64,000 nucleotides of DNA from Schizochytrium sp. TIO01. Its lineage: Eukaryota > Protista > Bigyra: Labyrinthulomycetes. The notes under the pieces were generated by a model. The model ran no database searches and was not told the DNA's origin. It saw nothing but the letters and a program-made list of their open reading frames with translations. Both the position numbers and the translations under genes were made by a program. The stretch spans positions 2,170,001 to 2,234,000 of the forward strand of contig SMSO01000036.1 of the NCBI GenBank assembly GCA_004764695.1, given 5' to 3'. This document shows, piece by piece, positions 42,830 through 56,607 of this stretch. Position 1 is the stretch's first letter, and each line of letters opens with the position of its first letter.

Positions 42830-45800
42830 TTAATCATCAAGCATTGTCAACAGCGCAACGCCACGCCTTACCCAATGATTAGGGTCGACAGTTGTGGGAA
42901 TGTTAAGAGCAATTACAAAATTTGTAGAGTGTCCAGTTGTCGATAGTGTGCCAGCTCGTAAGGATGTTTTATAGAGCGGACAACTGTAGACTTTAGAGTT
43001 CGCTTTTGTGTTTTTGGCTTGGTCAGGAAGATCTGTTCTTGTAGGAACAAGATTAATAAGAGGCATCACATCAAAGAGTTCTTTAGGTAGCGACTCCTGG
43101 ATGCACATTGTTTTGTCCACATCGAATCGTGCACCCTGCATGAAAAGTCCATGGATATAAACACCTTGGGCTGGAGGCATCACTCCAGCTAAATCGTTGT
43201 CACCCTCAGCGCTGTCTTGATCCGCATTGAGCACTTTAATCGCAGTCATTTCGGTGAAAACCTCTAAGACATCGATTGGTGTTTGAGTTCTGCGTACATG
43301 CATTTGCATTACAGAGGTAATAAAGCCCTGCGGAAAAAAGAAAGCAGAAATCCAGTAGGATGATGGTGGTCCTTGCGTTAACCATCGATGGCAAAAGGAT
43401 AAACGTGCCAAAAAGTCTCCAGTCCAACTTGCAAGAGGTTTAAGACAAGGATAACCAGCTGTGTGCCATTGCTCCGGAACACCCTGATACATGAGACTTT
43501 GAAACATAGCCTCGAGCTCAGTTGACATGACCACAAGACCTTGAGTGGCTTTGTCAAGTTCTTGAAGTGTGGACTCCACACATGAACGCAAGACCTGGAA
43601 ACGCGACATCTCCTGCTCGAGAAAGATGCCAAGACTATTTACCCTGCCATCAAGTTTCTCAAATGTCGCACTTGCGGCATTTGGGTCATCCCTAGTGAGT
43701 TTTGGCATGGCTTGAACACGTTCAAGAATCTGGTTAGCAATTCGAGCGACCATCTCATTGTCACTTTCTACTACACTCGCTGCCAGCTGATCCTGTGAAC
43801 CTTCGTCATCTTGATCCGCATTCGCTTCTTCATCATTTCCAGATTCACCATCATCAACTTGTGATGCAATAAGGGTTGTGAGCATTTCATTCGATTCCTT
43901 TTGTTGGAATGATATATCAGCGTTAAAGTGAAGGCCAAACAATGGAGGCCTATCGGTTGCTGGAAGCTCTGCAACTGCACGTTGAACTTCGTTGAGCCCT
44001 GCGCCAAACTTTACTTCGTAAACGCCAGGCTTATGTACCGAGGAAGAGGAAGGCGCTGCCATGATACCACCAACATCCCCTACTAATGAATAACCATCCG
44101 CAAGAATGTTTTCATTAAAGAACTGCATGAGGATAGACCTATTTGTTCGCTGATCCATACGGTCAGTAATTCGACCGCCGTAAGTTACATCACCAACCAT
44201 GGTGAGCAGAGTTTGATAGGGCACATCGTCTCCATTTGACTCACTTTCCGCAAGGTAGAGCTTCAGCTGCATCATGGCTGTCTTCATGTCAGAGTTCATC
44301 CAGCCATATGGGATATTCCATCCAACAGCTCCAAATTTGCGGCGTTCTAGAATCAACGCATTATAGAAGACCAAGCCATAAAGAAGGCGCTTCCATACTT
44401 GCGAACCGACATCGTACTCGTCTGCGCTCATATCTGCAAAGGAACGGGCCATGTTGGCGCGAAGCCCGCGAGGTGGCTCGTTGGTAATTTTAATACCATT
44501 CTGTAATACCGCAACAGGGAACTTCGGACTTGGATCTGAGGTCAACCACAGCCGATGTTCTGGGTGAATAGCTTGAGCGTCAGCAGTTTCAAGCAGCTGC
44601 TCTAGTCGAGATAACCAAGATACTGCTAAATGGCAGTTTTGCAGGCACACCCAATCACCAGTTTCGCGGCCCTCATTAATCAACCGTTCTGCAATGGGTC
44701 CTTGCCCTTGACCCAATGAAATGATTTTGGTGCGTGGTCCGTCCTTACCTCGCTCTCTTGCAATTTCGAGAAAGTAGTCGTTGATGTCTGCACCAGGAGA
44801 CAAAATGAAGATGATGGGCGTCATGCAAGTAGAGTCTGCATATGCTCCGTGTAAGTCAAAAGGAGGCGATTCTGCATATGTTCCGCCAAGTGTCTGTACG
44901 ACGAACTCACGCGATGCAGTACGAATCTTCTCTTTGTGAAGAGCACGGATAAGCAGCAAACGCTGAAAGGGGGTAATACGATCATCCCAATCGCCGGGCA
45001 GACCTTCCTCATGTGGATTCTCCAGTGCAGACCAATCTGCCCATGCCGAAGCTTGCTCATCTGATTTGAATGCATCAAGGAGTCCTGCAAACTCCGGGAT
45101 CTTGGAATCACAAGCACAAAGCTCCGCCCAGCTCCGTCGGTCAGGAACAAAATCTACAATGTTTTCCGACGAAGTTTGGCTTGTTGATCCACTTTCTTGT
45201 GTTTCGATGCACCCTACAAGAAATTGGCGCCACTCGTTCTCTGAGATACCTCCATCATGTCGTAAAATTTCGACGCCCATTTTAAAACTAAAGACGAGCT
45301 TATCCTTCTCAAACAAACCCCGGCAAACATTAGCATAGACTTTCGCTGTGATGATATCCAAAAGTTGAGCAAGTCGAAGATCTACATCAGGCTGAGGTGC
45401 AGCTGATTGAATAACCAAGACAAATAATTTGGAAAAATATTGCAGAGAGAACTGGTACATTGGATCTATTGCTGGTAAGGAAGCAATTACAAAGTACAAA
45501 ATAGACCCACGTTTGGCCACCGGTCGATAGACGTTTCGTGCTGCGTTGATTTCTTTGGTAGTGTTCTCAGTTTCAACCATACGTGCAGATATTGCTTGTG
45601 AGGTGACCTTTGACTTGCCTAACTCTTCAATAAGCTCCTCGTCATCAAGAATATTGCCTGAAGAATTTGCAAGCATTTGTAAAATCTTGTCTTCAATTTC
45701 TTTGAGAGCGCGCTTGTCATTCGCAATCGAAACGACAAGTTCATCATTCTTTTGTTCGAGATCGGGCCGCTCGCAGCGTACCACATCGACAAGCAACTGG

Positions 45801-48800
45801 TCCTCCAGACCTGATAACGTTACTGTAAAGTTAATTACCGTCACCTTTACCATCACCTCAGGCATGTAATGAGGGTTGGGTAAGCGAGTTGTAATAAATA
45901 GCTTGAAATCTTCTGAATATGGAACATCTGAGTCTCCCACACGCAGCAATACCTGTCCAGCTCTCTTGAATGTTTGTTTGAGAAGGATGGGCTCCAGGGT
46001 AGCATCAAGAGTTTCTCCTACATTCTCTAGCAGCACCGGGCTGCCAAAGCGAATAGCATTCTCAAGTGAACGTAAGAAGTCAGCATTGCTCAACTTGATG
46101 ATTTGCAAAGCATTTGCTTGTGAGTCTTCACGAGAGTATGTATTACGAATCCATTTGTTTGCTTGACCCTGTGGGTCAATCATGAGAGGCCATCGCCGCG
46201 ATGTTGTAGCAATGATGCCATTTTCAGTGGAAAAACGGTCGGCCGGTAAACCATCAATGTGCCATTGTCGCACGACTACCGGATCAGCAAGAATTCGCTC
46301 AACAGAAATCTCTGTATTTTGGACAGGAATGTTCCTCTTGCGACAAAGCTGAGCCCAACCGTGCATAAGTTGAGCCCGGTAACTGGCTGTAAATGGACCC
46401 AAGTATGCAATACTTCCTGTAGCTAAAATCATATTTCCAACCAGATTGTTGAGGTCAATACGAAGAGAAGCTTGGAGTTCAGTCCAGCGCACCTTTTCAT
46501 CAGCAAGTCCGTAAATAAGTTTTTGTGCACGCTCCAGCTGCACTTCCGTATTCTTGGCCCTTGCTTCAATGTCTTTTTTGTTTTGGAAGGCTTTCATCAT
46601 ATTGTAGCTGAAGAGCCTCGAGCTTACCTGTAATGGCATCAAGATTCTCACGTTTTTGAGATAGCTCCTTTTCCACTTTTTCTAGGTTTGCTTCAGCCTC
46701 CGCAAGCTTTGCTTTCTTTGGTGCAATATTTTTACAAACCGAGTCGTACTTGACAATTGCATGAACCCACATACAAGAGAGCAAGCTGCTGTTGATACAG
46801 ATTTCATTTTCTCGGCATTGAAATCTGGTTCGTTTATGTATTTGGCAAGCTTGCGGATCTTCTTTGGGTCGATATTGTCTTTATCGAAATCAATCAAACG
46901 TTGCAGAAAGTTCAGGTCATTCAATACTTTCTTAGCGCTTGCCCAGTCTGCCTTTACACCAAGTAGAATACACACTGCCTCCATTGTGAAAGCCACAAGC
47001 TCTGGAGGCTGAGCAAAAGACTTGACCTCTTGAATAGACTTCTTGTCTAGCAAATCAAGTGCTTGAACGGCAGACTCAAAAGCAGGCATTGCTTCATCGA
47101 GATCTGCTTGGCATTCGTTCTTAATGAGATTAACCTCTTCGGCAACCTTTTGTGCTTTAGCTTCGTCAGTCAAAGCTACGTCCTTTGCAGCATCTGCCAC
47201 CTTCTGATCAGCAGCTAAGCGTTCAAGAAGATCGGATGTATCTTGTTGCGCTTTAGCCAAATTGGGCACAAGCTCTGTCAATGTCTGCTGGAGACCAGCC
47301 ACAACCTCCTCTGTCTCTTGAAGTTTTGCAAGACCATTCTGATATCTAGATAGGCGATGAGACACAGCTTCACGCTGTTGAGCTAGCATAGTCTTGTACG
47401 TTCTGATGAGTTCAAGGTAAGAGGTTGGTGTAGTGTAGTTGTAGCGACCAAGGGTTTCACGAAAGCTTACACTTGACTCCTCAACAGACTTATGAATGTG
47501 CACACACATTTGACAAAGCGGGTCCACGTATGCCTCAATGCCCAGATTCTGGTCATTTTGAATTAAAAAGAATCGCGCTACAGAGTAGAGAGCATCTTGG
47601 GGCCACGCATCAAACCAATCGATTGTGCAGCAATTGACTAATGAAGGAAATTGCCTGCAACGTGCGCGAAACGCCGAACCAATAGGTGAAAATGCCAGTA
47701 CAATATGGAGCTGCTCTCGAACTCGTTCGGTGAACATACTAAGTAGATCATCTCGTGCCTCTGAACGGCCTTTCTTACTTGCCAAAGGCCTCATTGCATT
47801 TAAAATACGCTCTGTATCCTCTGGTTCGAATAAATTAGGGACTTGTCCTGAGTTCAACAGATTATTAATGTCTTCAAGGAAACATTCGTGTGCAATCTGG
47901 GTGTCACTGAAAAGAAATGTTACATGTCGATCCTCGCACCCTGCTTGTAGTAGGAGCCCACGCAGGCTTTCATGAAAATCGGCGGGTCCATAACCACGGG
48001 TCATCTCGATAGAAAAGCACGTGTAACCACAAATAAAGGTAGCTAGCCTGGTAAGGCTCTGCCGTCCCGAACCGCCTACACCGACTAGCAATGCATTTCC
48101 GCGAGGCTGCGAGAGCACACGGCAAATACGCGCAACGTGCGAAATTGCATCTCGGAAGAAAACCAAATGCATTCGGCTTGGGAAAGTCATATTGTACTCG
48201 TCTAAATAGTCTGCCAGAAGTCCCGAAAGGTTCTCTACTTCTGACATACTACTTGCGATTAGCTCATATCGTCGATTTTCTTGTTGGCGAAAGGTCCCAA
48301 ATACTAGCGACTCCATCTCACTAGCTTCCTCAGATCTTTCCACAGACTTTTCGCCGCCTTTAGATGACGAATTTTTAGGCTCAGACGATATGCCTTTGGC
48401 CAGACCTGTTGCAAAGGTTGCAAGAGCACTTTCACAAGCATTATCAAACCATTGTCGGTCTTCGACACATAGGAGGCGATCTCGAAAAACCCGAGCCTCC
48501 TCATGCATCCATAATCTGAGTAAAATCTGTCGCTCTTGGCATGCAGGTGAACGAATCATAAGTATACCTTGAATGACCTTGCTAAGATCTCGCAAATTGA
48601 AGGTGTAATGGCTCTTTGAGGGAGTAGGGAGCATGGTAACAAGCACCTTCTCGTAAACACAGATACTTGCTTGGACCAGAGGGCGAGCAAGCTCAGCAAA
48701 AGCAGGCAGTTCTGAATGTAAAAATCCACCCAAGATGGCTTGAAAGATGGCTTGAAGAGAATCATTCGATAACTGAGGCACCCAAAACGTTTGAAAGTGT

Positions 48801-51800
48801 CTTAACAGGCGAGCAGGTACTGGGCTTCGCCCACCTCCAGGCGGAGCGCATGCAGCAAGAAAGTTCACATCAAGAACTGACTTGAAGAAAAGTTTCTCCG
48901 TATCATAGAAGCCGCCCTGATCAATAATCTGGCGCAAAAGCTCGTTGGGGGGCTGAGCACCGTAGGTCTCAAGTGTTGGCATGTTCAAATCATCAACAAA
49001 GAGAAGCATGCGCTTTCCTCCTGGGGGTGCAAGAAGAGTTTTGCGCTTCTTTTCAAGATTTGTCTCAAATAGTTCGACGACATTATGGGGATGAGTCTGA
49101 GCCGAGTAGTTGATGGTGGCTTGAGTGAACTCACTACTTTGATTGTTCCTCAATCTGCTAAAACGAAGGCTCGCCTCACGTTGAATTATAGAATTCCGTT
49201 GACCCTCTGATGTGTTTGAAGACGGCACTTGAGCTAGCTCATGTGTACTCATATCTGTGCCATCAGCACAGATTTTGTTCAAGAACTGCTGAATGATAAC
49301 CGATTTTCCTACACCTGTTTCTCCCATCATAAGAGTATTACACTTATTCAAAGCCATGAGACGGAGTAAGTACGAAAACTTGGTCGTCTCTGGTGTAGGC
49401 ACGAGCAAATCAAAGTAAGGGGTCTCCATGGAGTAGGTAAATTGGGGAACTGCTCGTGACCATGGTACAAAGGCTGCCCCAGTTGGTTCAACAAAATAGT
49501 TGAACACATTGTCCATTTTACCGGCTCCATCTAAGAGAGTTGTCAACTGACGAATTGTGAACTCTGAAAACTTTCCTTGGTCCTTGGCGCCAATATTTGC
49601 TCCGATGGCCCATGTGAAACAAAACACGAACAACATATTGATCAACCGCTCTAGTGATGCATGAGCTGTATCAACATCCTGAAAGGCAAGAAGGGAGGTC
49701 AACAGATTAAGAAAGCTGTTCATCATGTGCGCCTCACTGACGGGGATTAACTTGTTGCACTCACGATTCACGAACCGCATTCCATTTGGCAAATGATGTT
49801 TGATAAGCTTTGTGAGCCGTTGAGCATGTTTGGGGATCATTTGCTCTAGACTAATGCCCTGCGACCATGCATCTACTCGAGCATTCAAACCAATATGAAG
49901 CTGCTGCATATAAACCATACCACAGCGAGAAACGGTTGCAGGTGATGCCACTGCAAGATCTTGTACTTCAAAAAGCATATGTACAGAGGCAGGAATTTTA
50001 ATGCGCTCAGAGTTCGCTAGGCATAAAGTCTTGTTGTCATCTAGAACTGTGTTCATGTTTTCAATCCAAACAGCATCTACCGGGCCATCAAAAATGATCC
50101 ACTTGCGTCCGGCTTCTTCTCGTATCACTGAGCGCACGATGTGTGGCACAAGACCATCCTTCCATTCGCCAGTGAGATCATTAAACATACCGTATAATTC
50201 GCCAGCTGTAATTGACTTGGGATTAAGAATCAGCCTTTGAACAGGTTGAATAAATGGGTCTGTATTATCTGCCGAGCGGCGTTTTGCCAAGCTAGTAACT
50301 GCTTTAGCCAGGATCCGGGCGTTTGTTGTCTTCCCTGAGCTTGTTTCACCTACAAGCATCATACCGTGCCGCACAAGTTGTGTTTCGTGAACTTGAATAA
50401 CCTTTCGTACGAATGAGGGAACAGGAGACAAGCCTTCTCGGACTATCTCAGACTCAATAGCCTTCTGCAGCTCTCCGTAATCAACAAAGGGTACCTTTAC
50501 GCCAGGGAAGAGATCACCGAGAATTCCCTTAAATAGGTCTAAGTCATGCTCAAGAAACTTCGGTACATTACTGTCCCGCATTGCCCGGATGAGGAGCAAA
50601 TCTTCACTGGTATTAGGTTCCTTACGCTTGAGATTTCCGGCAGCAACAAGAACCGACTTAACTGCGCGCATACCGAAGTCGTAGTGATCTTGTTTGCTGA
50701 GCTGCTCTGAACTTAACTTATACAATTGTGTCATTTTGTTACTGAGCGGAAGAGCATTACTGAATCCTTCGGAAAAGAGGATGATCTCAGCAATGAGACG
50801 ATAATCCGGTACCATCATTGCTACAGGTCGAAATAATGCTTTCAAGTTATCAGGAAGCTCTGTGCGACCAGCATAACCTGGATTCATTGTAATAAAGACT
50901 CCAAATCGTGGGTTCAATGGGATCATTTTGCCCTCAAACTCAATCTCATTCTTTTCATGAATAATACCTTGCTGGAATGCTTAAAATTTGCTGAGCAATT
51001 ACCGAAAGCACCTCAATATCAATGCGATTGAATTCATCAAAGCAACTCCATGAGCCACACTGTGCAAGGCCAGAAAAGAAACGACCCATAATCTTATAAT
51101 CAAGACCATCTGAGCAATTGAATACAACGCACTGTACGGCAAGTGCTTTGGCAAGGTCTTTGGTTGTTTCAGTCTTGCCAGTACCAGCTGGGCCCGCGGG
51201 AGCGCCGCCGAAGCGTAAATGCAGAGCACCTGTGAGCGTCATGTAACACAGATCTGTAAGAGGGGTAATAACCAAGCGGGGTGTATTGCCAAGATATTCG
51301 TAGGCGTATGAGAAGCGAGTGTTTGTCTGGCGGATTACGACATCCTTGATATCTTCCTCGAAGTAGTAACGTAGTTGCCGAGTCCATTCAAAGTTTGACG
51401 TTGCCGCTATCCCTTGTTGTAAAAATTGGTTAACAACATCGCGCGCATGGACATCGAGAACAATAAGGGCACCCATAAGCGTTCTTTCCAGACCTGACAA
51501 TGAGCCTCGCACCACTTTGATCATTGCATCAATTTGTTTAAGCGAGAATTCATAGTGGTCCTGTACGCTGTCGTCTCGAAGCGCAGCTGCGGTATTGTAA
51601 GTCCAACGAATCTGGTCTACCACTAATACACTTTGTGCCACATGCTTGAAAATCCAAGCGCGGCGGTCGATCTGTGAAGATTGGGCATACTCCTGTAGAC
51701 ATTTGACTGTTTTGGCATGTAATGTTTGTCGCATCGCTTCCTCAACAGAGCTGAGCCAGGCTTCAACAGGGTGATTATTTGGATCCACTGTTGATTCGAA

Positions 51801-54800
51801 TGGTACATACTCTCCTTCTGCAGAAGTCATACCAACAATTTGATTAGGAACGTCTTTGATTTCTTGAAAATTGAGAGTCTTCATAGAATCAAAGCACTTA
51901 GAGAGATGCGCTTGAACTGCATGTGGATCTCGAGTTTGTGAAAGGATTTCGAGCAGTTCGTCATTAGAAAGAAAGTAAAAGCGCGGAAATGCAGCTCTTT
52001 TTGTTTCTAGATAGTTCTCCAGAGACTTTTGCGTTTCGTCCAAGAGCTGATTGCAATATTGAAACCGCTTCGAATAGTTTGGTGCTATTCTCAGGCTGCT
52101 CGGTTGGCGCTTCTCCCCCTTCAGAGGTATTGATGGAAGTACCTTTGCCACTCGAGAACATCCCATGGGAAATGCAATCAATAACTAAGGGGTTCTCTTT
52201 TGTACGAAGCAATGCATCTTTCCAGAGACGATCCACCATCTGGAATTTTTCAGCTTCCTGCGGAAGTTGCTGCTGAATATCATCGGCCGAGAAAATAGTT
52301 TCAAGATACATCCAATTTCGTTGGCAAGCAACCCATTCGTCCAACGTATCGGAAAGAAGGGATAGTTTTCTTTGCCAGCGCTCAACATCTTTTCTTACAC
52401 CTTGTAAGTATCTTGAGCCCATCATGGTTTGCAGAGTAACCTGGTGATCTTCAAGAAGCGTGAAAATATCATCAAGACCACCGAGGATATAAACACCTTT
52501 AGAATTGCGGTAAGGTAGTAGTTCAAATCTAGTATCATCCCAAGCATCTTTAATTTTGGTAAGGGATGCCTCTAGAGCTGCTTCACCAGATGCAATGCCG
52601 GAGATTTCGCTCACAAAAGTAGATTTGGTAAAAATTTCATAATCCGTCAGATTGTCGAGGGTGAACGTACTGTTGGGGAAGTAAGGTTGGTTTAGTTCGG
52701 CGAATATTTGCTCCCAGTGCCGCGGGCGCATCGATGGGTTGCCTAGCTCTAGAATCACTGGTACACGCTGCTTGAAATCTGAACAAGTCTCTAAGAAGCG
52801 TTTTGTTACAGCATTGCCAAGACGCTTATTAGCAATACTAGCATCTTTGAACACGATCTGTGTCTCCTGAGCTAGCGCTTCCACATCAAGCTGAATAAAG
52901 TTGCAATGGTACCATTCTGATGTCTTCTGCATCCAATTCTTAATACCTGTCCACAGATTGAGTTGCAGAGAAAATGCTTCTTCAGTTTCCCGCAGGTTCT
53001 TATAGTCGTATACAGGAATTCCAAAGAGCTCTTGATATGATGAGTAGGTCTTGCTGAGCTCTGTGATTTGATCGAGCTTGGTGCGTACAACTTTCAAAAT
53101 CGTCCAGGGCAGATTTGGGATCTGTATCAGGGTCTATAAATACCCCTCCTTGAATCTGCTGCCGCTGTTGTATAATCTGATCACCCAGCTTTGCAATATT
53201 CATATCAAGAGCTTGGGTCATCTCTGGGAGTTTTCGAATCAATAAATACTTCAGCATCCTGACGCTTAGTAGTAAAAGCTTCCGCGAAATGCTTGAGGTC
53301 ATCAAACTGCACCATGTCGACTGATGAAACTTTAGCGCCATATGCATTACATAATCTGTACATCTCCTCAACTGACGCAGTGTTCCGCATCATCTCAGAA
53401 GACCCAAGTTTGAGTTGTTTCACATATTTGACGTGCCCGGCAAATTCACGTAATGCTGTCGGCTGTGTGTCAAGGTCACGAATAAGGTGTTTGTAGTCCT
53501 CCAGCAGCTTGCTGCACTTTTCCCTAGCAAGGTCGGTAAGAAGGCTCTTCATACGATCCATACCACGTTCTACAATTGGTGCAAGGGAGCCGCGAAGCTT
53601 TCTTGATTCAACATAGAGAATACCTACGGTGTTACCTACACGCATTTTCTCTAGATCTTTTGCCCAATCAGTAAGAATGACCATATCACTCTTGATAAGA
53701 TTGAGTGAGAGATCACTGCGTTTTTTGTATGCTTCAAAGTCAAACTCTTGATTGTACGCGAAAATAGGAACTAACTGCTCAAACGTTGTGGCATAATCCT
53801 GGGCCTCATGGAAGTCTTCACTAATTTTAGTATCCATTTGCCGCCGAAGTCCGTGAAAATATTTTGATGACACTACAAGGTTTCGAACATCAGGGCTATC
53901 TACAATAAGCGGCGCAACAATCCCTTTAAAAGGTCTGATAAAAATTATACGTGGGACAGAACCCACAGCACGAATGGTAGATGAACTAAGGTCTTCAACA
54001 AGAGCGAGAATTTTTGCAGCGTCTGGGTTAAACTCCAACTGTCGACTCTCTGTGAAACGCAAAGTCGTCTCAAACATACCGTTTTTACGTGCAGTCTTAA
54101 GGAGTTCCTCAAGAAGATCTTGATGTGAATGGATACACATGCTCACAAGGTTTTCTACAGACATATAGTCTGCCAGGCGGATAAAATCTCCTAGCATAGA
54201 AGCCTCTTGCATGGCTGTTTTTAGTTTTCGAATGCGATCCGCTCGCTCTTCTTTGAGTGCGACCAGAGACTTTGTTTTCATTTCTCGTGGGTTGTTCGTA
54301 CCATTGACACTGTTCTGAAAGGCCTCGTTACTAATTTTTGCCCGTTTAGTTGCTTCATTGCATACCCGTTCCACAACATGTTGCAGTTTCTCCATGATTC
54401 GCTCAAGCTCCTTTGAAGCTTGGGTGCGCTTCTGCGTCTGGTATTCTGCAAAATGGTTTGCTTCAAAAGTTTTCTGTGAGCGTAAATCGAGAAGAGCTAC
54501 AGAATGCATTTCAGCGATGCACTTGTTAACCTCAAGTAATGGCTCACAAAAAGATTTCTTAGCAAGAAAAAGTTTGGAGGATAACCTCTTGCGCTGCATA
54601 CTAAACAAATTATATCGGATGCTTGAACGCCAACGATGAAAGGTTTTGTGTATTAGATAGTTCTTGAAGAAGCGAATGGAAGATATTACATTAAATGTTG
54701 TGGACCATCGCATCCACTCAGCAAGAGGAGTAAAACCCGAGGGCTCTCCAGGCGCAATACGTACTACACCTGCAGCAGACATCGTAAAGTGTTCAGGTTC

Positions 54801-55469
54801 GACATCCTCCGGTTGCACGACAATAAGATCGTACGGTCTGAAACGTTTGCCAGGTGCAGCTCGATTCAGGTGAACAAATTTAAGTGGTGTTTCGGCTCCG
54901 TGAAGAGCAAAAAAGCTAATCGCGTCTTCGCCCGTCCTCATTGAGCGAAGAGCGTTTTCAGCAAATTCATACTCAGCAAAACCCTCTGACTCTCCGAAAT
55001 TGTTGTTGTAATAAATTTGCTTCTCGCGAGCTGAAGGCGATGCTGTTGGGGATGAAGCCTGGTTATTAGATTTGACAGTACGTGGGGTTGTGAGCCGAGC
55101 TCGTGCCGAAAACGCACCACGATCTGACTCAAAGCGAGTCGTCCCGTTTCCATCAGAGCGTACCCGCATCACCGAAGCGCGTGCACTTTGGCTAGGAGGT
55201 CTGGGCGAGAATTTCATGCGTGGCGAGGAAAGTCCTTCCCATCCGGCACGCCTTACATCATCATCAGGGTCAAGATGAAGAAGGTTTAATTCTTTTAATC
55301 TGGGCTGTCCGGGTTTTTTATGCGGAAATGGCCTGTGAGAAGGTGACTTAGTACGGGGTGACCTCAACTTGCGCCTAGGATCCCTCCCTGTTGGCGTGAA
55401 CCTGAGCATCTTGTTTGGCGGTGACGATGGCCTGGGCCCCAGCCCAAGCTCTTCCTCCCGTTCATCCAT
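42830..55469 (-). CDS. Axonemal (inner-arm, DNAH6-like) dynein heavy chain, about 4,200 aa, interrupted by six single-base frameshifts
   Basis: Seven consecutive ORFs join collinearly: tail (FRPYDLIVV), linker (FPRFYFLSNDELLEIL), AAA1 GPAGTGKT, AAA2 GETSSGKT, AAA3 GETGVGKS, AAA4 GVGGSGRQS, stalk/MTBD, AAA5 WPLMIDPQGQA, AAA6 WVCLQNCHLA and C-terminal GTLSTTGHSTNF...HWVRRGVAL. First ATG at 55469. The DNAH6 subfamily call is from recalled similarity. Confidence 0.9.
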
Positions 55470-56607
55470 GATGCCAGTCCTGCTGCTGTAGCCAGCACCA
55501 AGAGCAGCTGCAGCACCTATCACCTTTTGGTTACTGCTGTGCCTAGTAGGACCTTGTGCTTGGCAATACTGCTCAGAGACAACAACGTCTTCACCTTGAG
55601 CCTTCGTCTGCTGCTGCTTGCCCGCAGCTTTTCCCCCGAGATCGCCTCACAGCCTTGAGCTCTGCTGCGGCTCGCAATACTTGGGCTTCTGGGGCTCCAA
55701 GGCCTTTTGCCTACCCCGAGATGAACTACGGTTTGTACTCAGACAGGTGGTCCTCGATTCCCCTGACTCTAGAGTATGAACTTGGGCTACTCTGTTTTAA
55801 AACAAGCAAATAAACGAAACAGCTCAAGAAGCTAGGGAGCTACCGTGCTGGCTAGTGTTGCTTTATGTTTTGTTGTATGAAGAGTATAGGGTCAATAAAG
55901 ACGCTCGATAATTGCCAGGTTGCTGAAGAATTGGTGAATTTGTGCATTCATCCGTGGGAGGCTATTCACTAACCGTTCTTCGTCACTCGATGATCAAGCT
56001 AAGCAATCCTCAGATCTGACGTGGCGCTTCCAGCGAATGCTTCATAGGGTCTCGGGGCTTGGTAAACACTGGGATGGCATCCGAAAACACATCCTTTCCA
56101 GTGGGCAATAGGAAGTAGCACTACCCCCCTTCATTTCCATCCGTTGACTCCTCCGTGCGCCATGTATGTGTGTACTGCGGAGAAGGAACAACAATACACA
56201 CCTTTTAAAGTTCCGGCGACAGCGATAGATTGAAATGAACGTGGCGCGTTGAACTGCCTCGTTTGCATTGCTTGGAAAGAGCTGTGCGCGGGGTTTCGAT
56301 TGATCAGGGGGGGAAGATATGGATATTGTATTCTAGTCAATGATAATTCGTTCATTTGCGGACGAAGGTAGTTTGTGTCGGAACTTTGGTGCTAGGAGAA
56401 GCGAAGAACTAAGGAAACTTGCAATACTTGCCTCTGGCGCTCAAGGCGCACTTTGATAAAATAGAGGGCTAAGAGACCTTGGTCAAACGGAAAGTCTGTC
56501 TGGCTATGTATGAATAAAGCGTGAACTTGGGGAATAAAGGAATAGAGACAACTTGGTGCAAGCGTGCTCGGCTGCCTTGCTTTTTAATATTCTAAACAGC
56601 AACCACC

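Noticed and set aside
46560-53240. Euplotes-type programmed +1 frameshifting in the dynein
   Set aside because: The sites lack the AAA-stop signature, share no single slippery motif, and one shift is in the opposite direction.
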